Shown: one piece after another, positions 37,314-47,564 of the stretch | How positions within the stretch are numbered: position 1 is the first letter of the stretch | Layout of the letters: every line of letters starts with the position of its first letter | Assembly: GCA_050246755.1 (NCBI GenBank) | Contig: JBFWVL010000008.1 | Location: 1 to 64,000, forward strand | Length of the DNA stretch: 64,000 nt | Source: Bacteriovoracia bacterium | GTDB taxonomy: Bacteria > Bdellovibrionota > UBA1018 > CAIPTA01 | Reading direction: 5' to 3' | Translations under genes and position numbers: made by a program | Notes under the pieces: model-generated | The model's database searches: none | What the model saw: the letters and a program-made list of their open reading frames with translations, nothing else | What the model was told of the DNA's origin: nothing

Positions 37314-38684
37314 ATGAAACGTTTTGCCGCCCTATTCCTGGCCTTATTGGCCATTAGCCCCCTAGCCTGGGCGAAAACCGAAAAAGTTCGCAGCACGAAG
37401 CTGCCTAACGGCCTTCAAGTGCAAGAATACCGCATGGAAAACGGCATGCAGGTGCTCTTGGTACAAGACCATTCGGCTCCCGTATTTACCTACCAAGTAT
37501 GGTTTAAAGTGGGCTCGGCCACTGAAAAGATGGACCCTAAGCTCCAGAAGACGGGCTTAGCGCATCTCTTTGAACATATGATGTTCCGCGGAACTCCCAC
37601 CGTTCCGGATGGCATGTTCACCAAAAAAATGAGCGCGGCGGGAGAAGTGGGCCTGAACGCGTCCACCTGGCTGGATCGCACCAATTATTTTGAATCGCTT
37701 CCCAAAGAACAGCTGGAGCTCGCTTTCCAGCTCGAGAGCGATCGCATGGCCAATCTCGCCATCGATGATAAACTATTCAAGACTGAGCTCGGCGCGGTTT
37801 TCGGCGAGCGAAAAATGCGGGCGGATAAACCTTCCAGTATTGCCAACGATGCGCTGTGGGAACTCTCCTACGACAAGCACCCCTACAAGTGGACCACGAT
37901 GGGAACGGCCGCGGAGCTGAATTCGTTCACGGTAGACGAAGCTAATTATTTCTACCGCACCTACTATGCTCCCAATAATGCCACGCTGATCCTGATCGGC
38001 GATTTCGAAACGGCGAAAGCTTTGCGCTTGGCCGAAAAGTATTACGGAAAATTTAAGGCCCAGGAAATTCCGCGCCGCGAACCACCGGTGGAACCCGCGC
38101 AGACCGAAGCGCGCAAAAAAGAAGTGACCCATCCTTTGGCCACCTCCGATTTGCTGATGATCGGGTATCATATCCCTGATTGCCGCCATTCCGACATGCC
38201 GGCCCTGCAAGTACTAGGCGCGGTGCTCTCCACGGGCAATGGTTCGATCATGGAGCAAGAATTAGTACAGGAAGGAATTGCCAGCTCGGTAGGAGCCGGA
38301 GCCTATAACCTTCGCTACCCGGGAATGTTTCAGTTCTCGATCAATATGGTGCAGGGAAAATCCGCCGATAAGGCCGTTAAGATCTTGAAGGACGCCCTCG
38401 CCAGAATCGCGAAAGGCGAGCTAAGCGCGGCGGAGCTGGAACGCGGAAGAAACCAATACCTTCTTTCGGCCTATTCCGATCTCGGCGGCCAAAGCTCGAT
38501 CGGGCAATACCTAGGCGAAGCCCTGGTTTCTTCGGATAACTACCTGAACGAATTCGAGATCCTTCAGGCCACCAAAAAAGTGACCATCGCCGATCTGCAG
38601 CGCGTGGTGAAAACTTACTTCAAAGACGAAAATTCCAACTTCATTCACCTTAAGCCGGGCGCCGATAAAGGAGATGCTCAATGA
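37314..38684 (+). CDS. M16 zinc peptidase, catalytic subunit
   Basis: Signal peptide, HLFEH, NAST, Y.PNNA. Confidence 0.92.
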   Translation: MKRFAALFLALLAISPLAWAKTEKVRSTKLPNGLQVQEYRMENGMQVLLVQDHSAPVFTYQVWFKVGSATEKMDPKLQKTGLAHLFEHMMFRGTPTVPDGMFTKKMSAAGEVGLNASTWLDRTNYFESLPKEQLELAFQLESDRMANLAIDDKLFKTELGAVFGERKMRADKPSSIANDALWELSYDKHPYKWTTMGTAAELNSFTVDEANYFYRTYYAPNNATLILIGDFETAKALRLAEKYYGKFKAQEIPRREPPVEPAQTEARKKEVTHPLATSDLLMIGYHIPDCRHSDMPALQVLGAVLSTGNGSIMEQELVQEGIASSVGAGAYNLRYPGMFQFSINMVQGKSADKAVKILKDALARIAKGELSAAELERGRNQYLLSAYSDLGGQSSIGQYLGEALVSSDNYLNEFEILQATKKVTIADLQRVVKTYFKDENSNFIHLKPGADKGDAQ

Positions 38685-40060
38685 GAAACTTATTTTTAAC
38701 CCTCGCACTTTTTTCCGCGGTAAACGCTCAAGCCGCGATCGAACTGAAAACTTCGGGCCCGAAGACGAACTTCATCTACGAGCAGGATTCAAAAGATCTC
38801 GCCGCCACCGTGGAGCTCGTGTTTCGCACCGGCAGCATCTCCGATCCTAAGGGCAAGGAAGGCATCACGGAGCTTTCCTTCCAGAGCCTTTTTCGCGGCA
38901 CCAAGGATAAAGACCGTAAAGAATTCTACGCGGCCCTCGAACGCCTCGGCGCGAGCATCAGTGCCGATACCGGCACCAATCGCTCGATCGTAACCCTCAC
39001 GGTAGTAAGCGAAAATCTCGCCCCGGCCCTCGAGCTCCTCGCGGAAGCGGTATTGAGCCCCGGCTTGAAAGACGATGAAATTCACTCGCTCGCCGAGGAA
39101 AAACTGGCCCAACTCCAGCAGGAACTAGCCAGTAACCGCTCGGTAATGAAGCGCATCTTCCGTCAGGCAGTCTACCAGGGCACCCCCCTGGCATTTCCCG
39201 CCGACGGCACCATCGAAGGCGTAAAGGCCGTGCACGGCGACGACGTACGCGCCTTTCTCTCCCAGCACGTGAAAAGCGAGAACGTGATCTTCGCGATCGC
39301 TTCAAACCGTCCGGAGAAAGAAGTGCGCCGGATGATCACGAAACTGTTCGCGGCATTGCCAGAGGGCGAAGCCCCCGCGGCGCCTAAGTTCGACCTCAGC
39401 CGGAAAAAAGGCCGCATCCTCTACGTGGCAGAACGCAAAGGCTCGAGCACTACGGAGCTAGCCATCGGCGGGTTGGGTATCAAGGCGGATCGCCCGGATC
39501 GCCTCACCCTCGAAGCCGGCGAGTTCGTGTTCGGCGAAGGCGGCATGGGAGCACGTTTATTCAAAACGCTGCGTTCCGCAAACGGCTGGACCTACGGCGC
39601 CTCTTCGGGCTTCGATCTCTTGGATTTACCGAGACGCTTCGGGGGCGCGTATATGTTCTACGCCTTCCCGCAAGCCCAGCATACCGAGAAGCTGACGCTC
39701 AAGGCCCTCGAGATGTACGGGGACTACGTGAAGAAGGGCGTCACGGCCGAGGAGCTCGATTTCACCAAAAAATCGATGTCGAATTCCTACGCCTTTAAAT
39801 TCGCCACTTCGCGTTCGCGTCTCAATAGCCGGCTCTACCAGGTGCTCGACAATGGGCCCCTGCTTTCGGTGAACGAATACCGCGCCCAAATGACGGCCCT
39901 CACGCCGTTCGCGATCCTGAAAGCGCTGCAAAAGGCGCATGAACCGGAAAATCTCGCGATCGTGACCGTGGGGGATCCGGAACAAATTGAAGGCCTCAAG
40001 AAGTCGATCCCGAACCTAAAAGCCGTGGTGAAAATTACGGATCCGATGAAACCGCTCTAA
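38681..40060 (+). CDS. M16 peptidase, non-catalytic partner subunit
   Basis: M16 fold motifs (DP.GK.G, RLF..LR...G.TYG) without HxxEH; ATGA overlap. Confidence 0.85.
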   Translation: MRNLFLTLALFSAVNAQAAIELKTSGPKTNFIYEQDSKDLAATVELVFRTGSISDPKGKEGITELSFQSLFRGTKDKDRKEFYAALERLGASISADTGTNRSIVTLTVVSENLAPALELLAEAVLSPGLKDDEIHSLAEEKLAQLQQELASNRSVMKRIFRQAVYQGTPLAFPADGTIEGVKAVHGDDVRAFLSQHVKSENVIFAIASNRPEKEVRRMITKLFAALPEGEAPAAPKFDLSRKKGRILYVAERKGSSTTELAIGGLGIKADRPDRLTLEAGEFVFGEGGMGARLFKTLRSANGWTYGASSGFDLLDLPRRFGGAYMFYAFPQAQHTEKLTLKALEMYGDYVKKGVTAEELDFTKKSMSNSYAFKFATSRSRLNSRLYQVLDNGPLLSVNEYRAQMTALTPFAILKALQKAHEPENLAIVTVGDPEQIEGLKKSIPNLKAVVKITDPMKPL

Positions 40061-40077
40061 AAGAGACGGATAAAAAT

Positions 40078-40110
40078 AAAAAAGCCGCCGGCATTACCGG
40101 CGGCTTTTTT
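40078..40110. terminator. Bidirectional intrinsic terminator
   Basis: AAAAAAGCCGCCGG-CATTA-CCGGCGGCTTTTTT. Confidence 0.85.
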
Positions 40111-40768
40111 ATTTGTCCTGTTCGCGGAAAAGATTTTTTAAAATATAGCGACGCAGATCAGACACTTCTTCGCGGGGATCAATGGTGTGGTCCTTGGAAT
40201 ACTCTTTCCAGTTGATACTGAGGCCCATTCCCTGCAGCGCCTGAATCTGGGCGCGGGTTTCGTGATAAGGCAGCATCGAGTCCAGGGTGCCGTGGGTGAC
40301 CATAATTTTCTGCTCACGGGCCACGGGTGAAAACTTTTCTGGATATTCTTCTAAAAATTCCACGAAGCCGCTTACGCCGATCACACAGCCGAATTTTTTC
40401 GGGTAACGGCAGGCGAGGTCTAGCGCCATCAAACATCCCTGGGAAAAACCAAAAATCCCGATTTGATCAGTCCGCCAGCCCTGTGCCTCGAGCTCGCCCA
40501 ATGCGGCGAAGAGCAATTCACGGCTCCGCTTAATACCTGCTTTCCTGTTGCCGAATAAATCGAACCAGGAAAAGCCCGTAAAGTATGGATCGGGGGCGTT
40601 GACCAAGAGATACTCGAGACCAGGTATCTTGAGAAAATCAGGCAAGAATCTATAGCCTTCTAGGCTGTCGCCTAATCCATGCATAACGATTAATAGCCGC
40701 TTGGGACCGTGTGAAATGGCCGGCAACGTTAAGAAATCTAGACCCGACAATTGTGCCGAATTCGCCAT
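40109..40768 (-). CDS. Phospholipase/carboxylesterase (alpha/beta hydrolase)
   Basis: HGLGD, GFSQG, HG..D, H. Confidence 0.88.
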   Translation of the reverse strand: MANSAQLSGLDFLTLPAISHGPKRLLIVMHGLGDSLEGYRFLPDFLKIPGLEYLLVNAPDPYFTGFSWFDLFGNRKAGIKRSRELLFAALGELEAQGWRTDQIGIFGFSQGCLMALDLACRYPKKFGCVIGVSGFVEFLEEYPEKFSPVAREQKIMVTHGTLDSMLPYHETRAQIQALQGMGLSINWKEYSKDHTIDPREEVSDLRRYILKNLFREQDK

Positions 40769-40776
40769 GAAACCCT

Positions 40777-40803
40777 CAAAATTCTTACGCTTTTCTCCGA
40801 ATA
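40777..40803 (+). promoter_or_regulatory. sigma28-like promoter
   Basis: CAAA-N15-TCCGAATA upstream of 40828. Confidence 0.35.
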
Positions 40804-40827
40804 GTTCTTACAGGGAGAAGCGAAAAA

Positions 40828-42195
40828 ATGCCAACCAAAATTCTTATCGTACAAACGGGCGCCTTTAAAGTTCCCGCTAATTCTTGGGCCGGAGCCGAAG
40901 TAATCGAACTAAACCAAATTAAAGATAGCTTAGCAAAGAATACCGCTAGCCCGATTCTCCTGGTTGGAGGACTCGAACTAAGAAACGATATCCAGTTCTG
41001 CGCCCTACTCGATGAGTCACCCCAGCCGTTTGGCTTTCTTCAATTTTGTCGCGGCGAGGACTTAACCCGCTTCGCCTCCCAAATCACTTTTCTGCAGTCC
41101 GACTCTCGCTCCATCGGCATCAAGGGCGTACTCAGTTCCGGCAGCACGATTTATACGGAAAGCTTTTTCAGCGCCGCCGGCACCGGCATAAAAGTAGATG
41201 CCTGCCAAGAGCTCGCAGCCAAAAGGCTAAAACCAGAAGCGGCGCTCAATGCCTGGGCTGCCATCCAATCGATGATTTTCTTCGGCCTGCGCTCGCTACC
41301 CAACCAAGGTTCCGGAGGTACTGGCGAGAAGGTAGACATGCAAATCGGTACCGACACCAGCAAGCTGGCCTGCTCGATTCAGTTTCCCATTCCCCGCGAG
41401 AAACTCAGCGATTTCCGCAAACATCCCATGCTCGAAACCCTTCGTGCCTCCGCCGCCTTTTTCGAGCTCCGCTTTCATAAGGAAGGCAGCCGTCTCGAAA
41501 TTCTCGTCGTATTTTTCTCCGGCGAAAATCCCGACTGGCCGATGGAATGCAATTCCTTCACCCCCGTAACGCCCCTCGAAGACGCCGCGACCGTAAAAGA
41601 CTACTCTTTCCGCCTACTGGGCTCGCTCGGCGCAGCCAAAGACGCAAAGCCCGCCGCGGCCTCTCCTTTCAAGAAAAAATTCTCTGACCGCATGAAAGAC
41701 TCGGTTCCGCCGCCCGCCGCGGCGCCGGAAACGGCGGCCCCGGCCACCGCTCCCGCTGGCCCTCCGCCTGAATTTGCGGCCAAGCTGGAAGCGCTGGAAA
41801 CGAAAATCCGCGAGAAAGACCAGATGATCACCAAGCTCGGCAAAGAACTCGCCGAGGCTCACGTAGCCAGTCAAGGGGCCAAAGCGCCGGTCAACGGTAA
41901 AGAAGCGCAGCTTATCCAGGCCCTGAAATCCCAAGTGACTAAACTGGAAGATGAGCTAGCCGAGGCCCTGGAGCGCGAGCAGGAGTCCGCCGGGCAGGAG
42001 ACCCTGGCCCCCGGAATGAAGGATCAGCTGCTCCGCAAAATCAAGGACCTCGACGTGAAGCTGAAAGCCGCTACCGATGAGCGCAGCTCGAAGATCATGG
42101 GCCTCGAGAAACAGCTGGAGGAAGCCAAAAAGAAAGCGAAGGAAATGTCGAAACGAATTACCGAGCTCACCGAGCAATTGAAAGACGCCGCGTAA
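40828..42195 (+). CDS. Hypothetical protein: globular N-terminus, Pro/Ala linker, C-terminal coiled coil
   Basis: RBS GGGAG; heptad-rich last ~140 aa. Confidence 0.75.
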   Translation: MPTKILIVQTGAFKVPANSWAGAEVIELNQIKDSLAKNTASPILLVGGLELRNDIQFCALLDESPQPFGFLQFCRGEDLTRFASQITFLQSDSRSIGIKGVLSSGSTIYTESFFSAAGTGIKVDACQELAAKRLKPEAALNAWAAIQSMIFFGLRSLPNQGSGGTGEKVDMQIGTDTSKLACSIQFPIPREKLSDFRKHPMLETLRASAAFFELRFHKEGSRLEILVVFFSGENPDWPMECNSFTPVTPLEDAATVKDYSFRLLGSLGAAKDAKPAAASPFKKKFSDRMKDSVPPPAAAPETAAPATAPAGPPPEFAAKLEALETKIREKDQMITKLGKELAEAHVASQGAKAPVNGKEAQLIQALKSQVTKLEDELAEALEREQESAGQETLAPGMKDQLLRKIKDLDVKLKAATDERSSKIMGLEKQLEEAKKKAKEMSKRITELTEQLKDAA

Positions 42196-42215
42196 GCAAG
42201 GCTTAAGAAGAGAAA

Positions 42216-45200
42216 ATGGCCGAAGAGAAGAAGAAAAATCAGATCATAGTGATCGAACCCGTTACCAAAACGGTGAACGAGCTATTGGAGGCGATCCTGG
42301 AAAAGGATCAGGCCGAGGTTTCTCCTTTTCAGAATTCCGACGAGGCCGTTCAGTTTACGCGCCAGGTAGTGCCCTGCATGCTCGTGATCTGCATCCAGAA
42401 TAATAATGATATTCCGGCGGTGCTGAATACCCTCAAAAAACTCAAGCCCGACATCAAGCAAGGCCTCGTGAAAACCCTGCTTGTTTCCAAAATTAAGAAT
42501 CCCCAGCTGCAGAAGCTGATCGGGGAATTCGGCGTTACCGACTATATCGAAGAGCCCATTCCCGCCCGCACCCTTCAGTTCAAGGCCAACCTACAGCTAA
42601 AAGCCGTAGACACCACGCGGCGGCGAATCGAACTGCAAAAGCAGTCGGAAGAAAAAATCGTATTTAAAACCTCGAAAAAAGAGGAAGAAGAAACGCATAC
42701 CACGGGCGCCGACGTAAAAACGCGGAATAAACCCGCCCTGCAGCTGGCCAACGATACCTTCCTCATCAAGAATGGCTCCGTTAAGAAGCAGGGTAAGAAA
42801 TATACCGTGGAACTCGATGGTCCAGACCCCTCTACCGGCGAATGGGTATCCGAAGAAAGCCCCGATCCAGAAAATCCGAATTGGCGCTGGCAGCCCCACG
42901 ACAAGGAAGACGAACCGGGAAGCGAAGAAGGTGACGGCTGGGTTTGTAGCGGAGAAAAGCCTCAGTTTAAATTGGCTTCGAAGAAGTGGCAGCTTTCGGC
43001 CGAAAAGCCCTCCCTCTTCTTTAAGAAGAAAAAGCTCAAAGTAGCGGAGAAAATCGCCACCGACGCCGACGGCGAAGTGGTGGTGGCCGACGATTCCGAG
43101 GCCGCCGAGGAGAATCTCCGTAAAAATTTAAAGAAGGCCCAACGCCAGAAGAAAAAGCGCCAGGCGGAAGCGGCCGGACTGCCCTTCCTCGATGAGGAAG
43201 AAGAAACTCCCCCTCCCGCGCCGAAACCCTCCGAAGAAGAGGAAGAAGACGATTCCGATACGTCCGATCCCATCGTGAAAGCGCAAAGAAAAGCGAAGCG
43301 CGCCAAAGCGAACACGGGCGTCGCGGGCGCCGAAGGCGAGATCACGGAAGAATCCGAAAGTGAAGAAACGCCCGAGGAAACCGCCAAACCGGAGTCCGAA
43401 GCGCGGAAAAAACTGGAAAAGCTCCGCAAAGCGCGCAAACAAAAAAAGGAAGCCGCCCTGGCGGCCGGCATTCCCGAAGAGGAAACTGCAGAAGACGCAT
43501 TCGAAGAAGCCATGGCTGAAGCCGCGGTGGAGGAAGAAGATGCCGTTGAGCGCGTAAAAATCAAGAAACGCCCTAAAGGTAAAAAGGAAAAAGGCGACGG
43601 GCAGCTCCTGGATTTTTTGAAAAAGAAAAAAGAAGGCACGGCCAAGGCCCAGGCTAACGGCGAAGGCCCGGAAGGTGATTCCGCTGCCGGCTCCACGGGC
43701 GGCGAGGAAGAAAATGGCACCGCCGTGCGTGCGGGCCTCAAGAAAAAGAAACGCACCAAAAAAGTTAAATCCATAGGCACCAACGGCGAAGAGATCATCA
43801 CCGAAGAGGAAGTGGAAGGCGAAGAAGAAGAAATCACCGCGGCAGAGATCCCCGAAGAGGAAATTACGGCCATAGCACCCGCGAGCGATCCAGAAACTGC
43901 TCCGGAAGAAAGTGATATCCTGGTTAAGGCGCGCGCGCGCAAAAAGAGCCGCCAGGACCGCAAAAAGGCATTGCTCGAAGAGATTCAGGCCGAGGTTGAG
44001 CCGGAAGCGGCCGACCTCGAGGCCGAAGAACGCACGCGCAAGGCCAAAGAAGCCGGGGAAGAAATAGAAGAAGCCCCCGAGGAAGAAGCCGTCCGCAACG
44101 ACCGGCTCGAAAAGCTGCGGCGCAAGCGCGAAGAGCTAGCCAAGCTGGAGCGCGAAGAGGAAGCGGAAGAAAACGGCGTAGCCCTGCACACCACGATGGC
44201 CGAAGAGCTGCGCGGCCTGAACGTTTGGGATACCGAGGAAGAGCCCGCGGGCGACGAAGGCCCTACCGAAAAATTACTGAAAAAACTAAAGAAAGACCGC
44301 AAAGAGAAAGCCGACGCCGAGAAAAAATCCGCCGAAAATCCAGAAGATGCGTTCGACCGCGAGGAGAGCTCGATTGATTCCGGTCCGGCGAAAAAGAAAA
44401 AACAAAAAGGCGGAGCATCCACCCAGGCCGATGGTCTCGAAGATATTTTCTCCGACCAGGATGAGCACGGCGATTCACCGGAAGACCGGAAAAATACCGA
44501 AAACGGGGATTCCGATTCGGAGGATGCCGCCGCCGAGTCCAAAAATGACCGCCTGGATCGTCTGCGCAAAAAGCGGGATCAGGCCAAGGCCGCGGCGGAA
44601 ACGCTAAGCGGAATCGGTGAGGAAACCACCATTGCGGTAGAACAGGAAAAAGAACGCAAAGAATCTGAACCCGAGGATTTTTCCGCGGAGAAAAAATCAA
44701 GCAAGGCCGCCAGCGACGCTTTCGAGAGCGACGCGGAGGGCGGCGCTCTTTCCGCCACTCGCAAGAATTCCGATGACGGCTCCGAAGATCTGCTGGCCGC
44801 CAAAGAAGCCGAAACCCCCAAAGAATCAAAATTCGATGCCCTCGATGCGGCCGCGGGAAAGCAAAAGACCGCCGCCCTTTCCGCCACCGAAAAACTGAAG
44901 AAAAAAAGCGAAAGCTCGGAAAGCATGAAACGCTTTCTCGAGCGCCGCAAGCAGCGCAAAGAGAGCGAATCACTCGATCTCTCCACCGAAGCGAAAAAAA
45001 CCGGGGAAGATCTTTCCGCCGATCCCGCCGGCCAGAAGCGCTCCTTCCTCGGAATTTTCGTGGCAATCAGTGATTCCTTCGGCTTGGCTTCCGATAAAAA
45101 AATGATCAATATTTTCCGCGCCTTCGAAATATCGATCGAGGGCTGCGTGGTAGCCCTGGTTGAACCCACCGAAGGCAACGCCCCGCTCAAGGTACTCTTT

Positions 45201-45431
45201 GCCGCTTCGCTGGAGCGAGGATCCCAAATTTCCGCGGAAAATTGCCGGATCGATGCCTTCACGAACGCGGAGGAGAAAACGGTAGCGCACCTCGCGCTCC
45301 AGATGCTGGCGCCCCGCACGAATTTTGGTGAAGACGAAAACGACGCAATCACGCGAGCAGTACGCGCCCTTCGCCCTTTGGTGCTACAATGGCTAACGAA
45401 TAACGATGGAAACAAGAAAGTTGCCGCATGA
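42216..45431 (+). CDS. Pseudo-receiver protein with a very long charged disordered region and a small C-terminal domain
   Basis: REC-like N-terminus (IIVIE, GVTDYIEEP) without the phospho-Asp and Lys; Trp-rich domain; ~650 aa of E/D- and K/R-rich blocks. Confidence 0.75.
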   Translation: MAEEKKKNQIIVIEPVTKTVNELLEAILEKDQAEVSPFQNSDEAVQFTRQVVPCMLVICIQNNNDIPAVLNTLKKLKPDIKQGLVKTLLVSKIKNPQLQKLIGEFGVTDYIEEPIPARTLQFKANLQLKAVDTTRRRIELQKQSEEKIVFKTSKKEEEETHTTGADVKTRNKPALQLANDTFLIKNGSVKKQGKKYTVELDGPDPSTGEWVSEESPDPENPNWRWQPHDKEDEPGSEEGDGWVCSGEKPQFKLASKKWQLSAEKPSLFFKKKKLKVAEKIATDADGEVVVADDSEAAEENLRKNLKKAQRQKKKRQAEAAGLPFLDEEEETPPPAPKPSEEEEEDDSDTSDPIVKAQRKAKRAKANTGVAGAEGEITEESESEETPEETAKPESEARKKLEKLRKARKQKKEAALAAGIPEEETAEDAFEEAMAEAAVEEEDAVERVKIKKRPKGKKEKGDGQLLDFLKKKKEGTAKAQANGEGPEGDSAAGSTGGEEENGTAVRAGLKKKKRTKKVKSIGTNGEEIITEEEVEGEEEEITAAEIPEEEITAIAPASDPETAPEESDILVKARARKKSRQDRKKALLEEIQAEVEPEAADLEAEERTRKAKEAGEEIEEAPEEEAVRNDRLEKLRRKREELAKLEREEEAEENGVALHTTMAEELRGLNVWDTEEEPAGDEGPTEKLLKKLKKDRKEKADAEKKSAENPEDAFDREESSIDSGPAKKKKQKGGASTQADGLEDIFSDQDEHGDSPEDRKNTENGDSDSEDAAAESKNDRLDRLRKKRDQAKAAAETLSGIGEETTIAVEQEKERKESEPEDFSAEKKSSKAASDAFESDAEGGALSATRKNSDDGSEDLLAAKEAETPKESKFDALDAAAGKQKTAALSATEKLKKKSESSESMKRFLERRKQRKESESLDLSTEAKKTGEDLSADPAGQKRSFLGIFVAISDSFGLASDKKMINIFRAFEISIEGCVVALVEPTEGNAPLKVLFAASLERGSQISAENCRIDAFTNAEEKTVAHLALQMLAPRTNFGEDENDAITRAVRALRPLVLQWLTNNDGNKKVAA

Positions 45432-46594
45432 AGGCCGATAAGAGCAAAATGTTCTCCGTAGATTTGAAGAAGCTGAAAGCGGAAGACGGCGCCCCCTTCC
45501 CTCTTTTTCTTTTTCTGCGCCGGAACGACCGCTTCGTGCCGATTCGCCTGCCGGGCGATCCGATCGGGCTAGCTAAGTACGAAAGATTTCTCAAAGCCCA
45601 GCACGCCGAGCTATGGGTACCCGACACCTTTAAGGACATTTTTCAGTCCTACCTGGAGTACCTTGATCGCAACGGTAAACCCGTGGCGACCCTCGATGAA
45701 ACCGTCGCCAAGATCGAAAGTGAGAATAAACCGGAATCGGTGGAAGAGGAAAAGTCCGCCGAAGCCGAGCTCGTGCGTGACGTCTTGGAAGACAAAGAGC
45801 TTAGCGGAGAAGAAAAGGCCGAAGTGCTTTCCGCCGTGAGCCAGGATTTGATGCGGGCTATGAACCAAATCACCACCCGTGGGGAAGAGGCACGCACCAA
45901 GGGCATGAAGGCCTGCCGGGAAGTAGCGGACGAAATCCTGAACGTAGCTTCGCAGGACAGCAATATTTACGAAGAGATTCTCGCGCTCCGCGGCTCGCAA
46001 GAGGAAATCGAGCACAGCGTGATCACCGGCACCATGTGCGCGATGTTCGGGATGGCCCTCGGCTACTCGAACGAGCAGCTGCTCGCCGATCTTATCGTGG
46101 CCTCGATCTTCCACGATGTGGGCCTTGTGCGCGTGAAGCCGGAAATCAGCGCCAAGCAGGAATCTACCTGGTCGAACGACGAGCGCAAAGAATACGAAAA
46201 GCACGTGGCGGGCAGCGTGGAGATCCTAAAGGAAAGCGGCGCGCAGCTGCATCCTCGCGTGCTGCGCATGATTCAGGAGCACCACGAGAACTACGACGGC
46301 TCGGGATTCCCGGCCGGCCTCCGCGGAAACGAAATCGACGAAACTTCGCAACTGCTGCATTTCGCCAATCTCTTTGACCGCCTTTGCACCGGAAAGCAAA
46401 CCGGCTCCGAACTCTCGCCCGCCGAAGCCTTCGACTATATCCACGAGCTAGCCGGAAATCCCAAAGCCGTGCAGGAACTGCAGCCGGAACTAGTGCAGCG
46501 GGTATTTCAGTTCATGCTTAGCGAACAGGAAGCCACCGCGGAGATGCGGGAAAAAGCCGCCGAAAAAGCGCGCGGGGCCGCGGCTAAGGCCTAG
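45428..46594 (+). CDS. HD-GYP domain protein (cyclic dinucleotide phosphodiesterase-like)
   Basis: HS, FHDVG, H...S, HHENYDGSGFP.GL. Confidence 0.85.
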   Translation: MKADKSKMFSVDLKKLKAEDGAPFPLFLFLRRNDRFVPIRLPGDPIGLAKYERFLKAQHAELWVPDTFKDIFQSYLEYLDRNGKPVATLDETVAKIESENKPESVEEEKSAEAELVRDVLEDKELSGEEKAEVLSAVSQDLMRAMNQITTRGEEARTKGMKACREVADEILNVASQDSNIYEEILALRGSQEEIEHSVITGTMCAMFGMALGYSNEQLLADLIVASIFHDVGLVRVKPEISAKQESTWSNDERKEYEKHVAGSVEILKESGAQLHPRVLRMIQEHHENYDGSGFPAGLRGNEIDETSQLLHFANLFDRLCTGKQTGSELSPAEAFDYIHELAGNPKAVQELQPELVQRVFQFMLSEQEATAEMREKAAEKARGAAAKA

Positions 46595-46842
46595 AGTAAT
46601 TTCGCCAATTCGCCGGACTGATCGAGCGCGGCCAGTTCGGTATAGCCGCCGATGCACTTATCTTCCACGAAGATCTGCGGAACGGTTTTCATCCCCGAGC
46701 GAGCCGACATTTCTTTCCACTTAGCCTCATCGTCCCAAGAAACGAGCACTTCCTCAAACGCGATATTCCTGCGCTTGAGAAGGTCTTTCGCGCGGGAGCA
46801 GTAAGGACAAGGAGAGGCGGTGTAGACCGTGACTTTTTTCAT
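46591..46842 (-). CDS. grxC: Glutaredoxin 3
   Basis: CPYC, TVPQIF, GGY. Confidence 0.92.
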   Translation of the reverse strand: MKKVTVYTASPCPYCSRAKDLLKRRNIAFEEVLVSWDDEAKWKEMSARSGMKTVPQIFVEDKCIGGYTELAALDQSGELAKLL

Positions 46843-46861
46843 CGCCCCAGCCTATCACAGT

Positions 46862-47458
46862 TTAGAAAGAAAATGGGACGGCCGAATTGTCGTAGTCTAC
46901 CCCGATGTTTTTCGGGTCTTTTTTCTCCGCGCCCGTCGGTGCAGCAGCGCCGGGAGCGCTGTTCGGCGTAACAGGAGTGGAAGCCACGCCGCGAGAGGCG
47001 GGATCGGGGCGATTCGAGGCGAATTCGTCGGTGCAGGGAGCGTACTCGGGCATCTTATACTCCACGAGTTTCTTGTCTTTCATCGGAAAAGAGCTCACGT
47101 AGAAATTGTCGTAATCGGGCTCGCTGGTGTCTTTGTAAGTATAGGTCTTCATTCCCTCGGTGAAATGGAACGGGGCTAGCACGTGACGGCAGATTCTCTC
47201 TCCGCGAAAGCGCAGGTCGTATACGATCCAGAGAACTTTTTTACCGTTCTTCTCGCCGGGTACGGCCGTAAGTTCAATTTGTTTATCTTTTTGGTGGATA
47301 TGAAATTCGATGTGCGGGGGCTCGCCGCTAGCCTCGCCCCACTCGATGATATCGACCATCGGGTAGTAGAGGCCGTTATAGAATTGCCCGTCGAATATTT
47401 CGAAGGTTTTGGCTTGGGCAGAAATCGTAAAGGCGAGGAACAATAGAAGAGTATTCAT
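46862..47458 (-). CDS. Secreted hypothetical protein
   Basis: Signal peptide ..AQA-K. Confidence 0.7.
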   Translation of the reverse strand: MNTLLLFLAFTISAQAKTFEIFDGQFYNGLYYPMVDIIEWGEASGEPPHIEFHIHQKDKQIELTAVPGEKNGKKVLWIVYDLRFRGERICRHVLAPFHFTEGMKTYTYKDTSEPDYDNFYVSSFPMKDKKLVEYKMPEYAPCTDEFASNRPDPASRGVASTPVTPNSAPGAAAPTGAEKKDPKNIGVDYDNSAVPFSF

Positions 47459-47464
47459 GTCTTC

Positions 47465-47491
47465 TTATCGTCAAAAGCCTTACCTGGCTTA
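47465..47491 (-). promoter_or_regulatory. sigma28-like promoter
   Basis: Minus strand TAAG-N15-GACGATAA, ending 6 nt before the ATG (near-leaderless). Confidence 0.5.
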
Positions 47492-47508
47492 ATAGCCGTT
47501 TTTTAGGC

Positions 47509-47545
47509 AAAAAAAATGGCCACCCTCAAGGAGGGCAGCCATTTT
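47509..47545 (-). terminator. Intrinsic terminator
   Basis: Minus strand GGCTGCCCTC-CTT-GAGGGTGGCC followed by AT8. Confidence 0.75.
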
Positions 47546-47564
47546 ATTAAATAAAATCAGCTAA

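Noticed and set aside
42962-45415. Long Ser/Phe-rich minus-strand ORFs
   Set aside because: Antisense of the Glu/Lys-rich low-complexity gene
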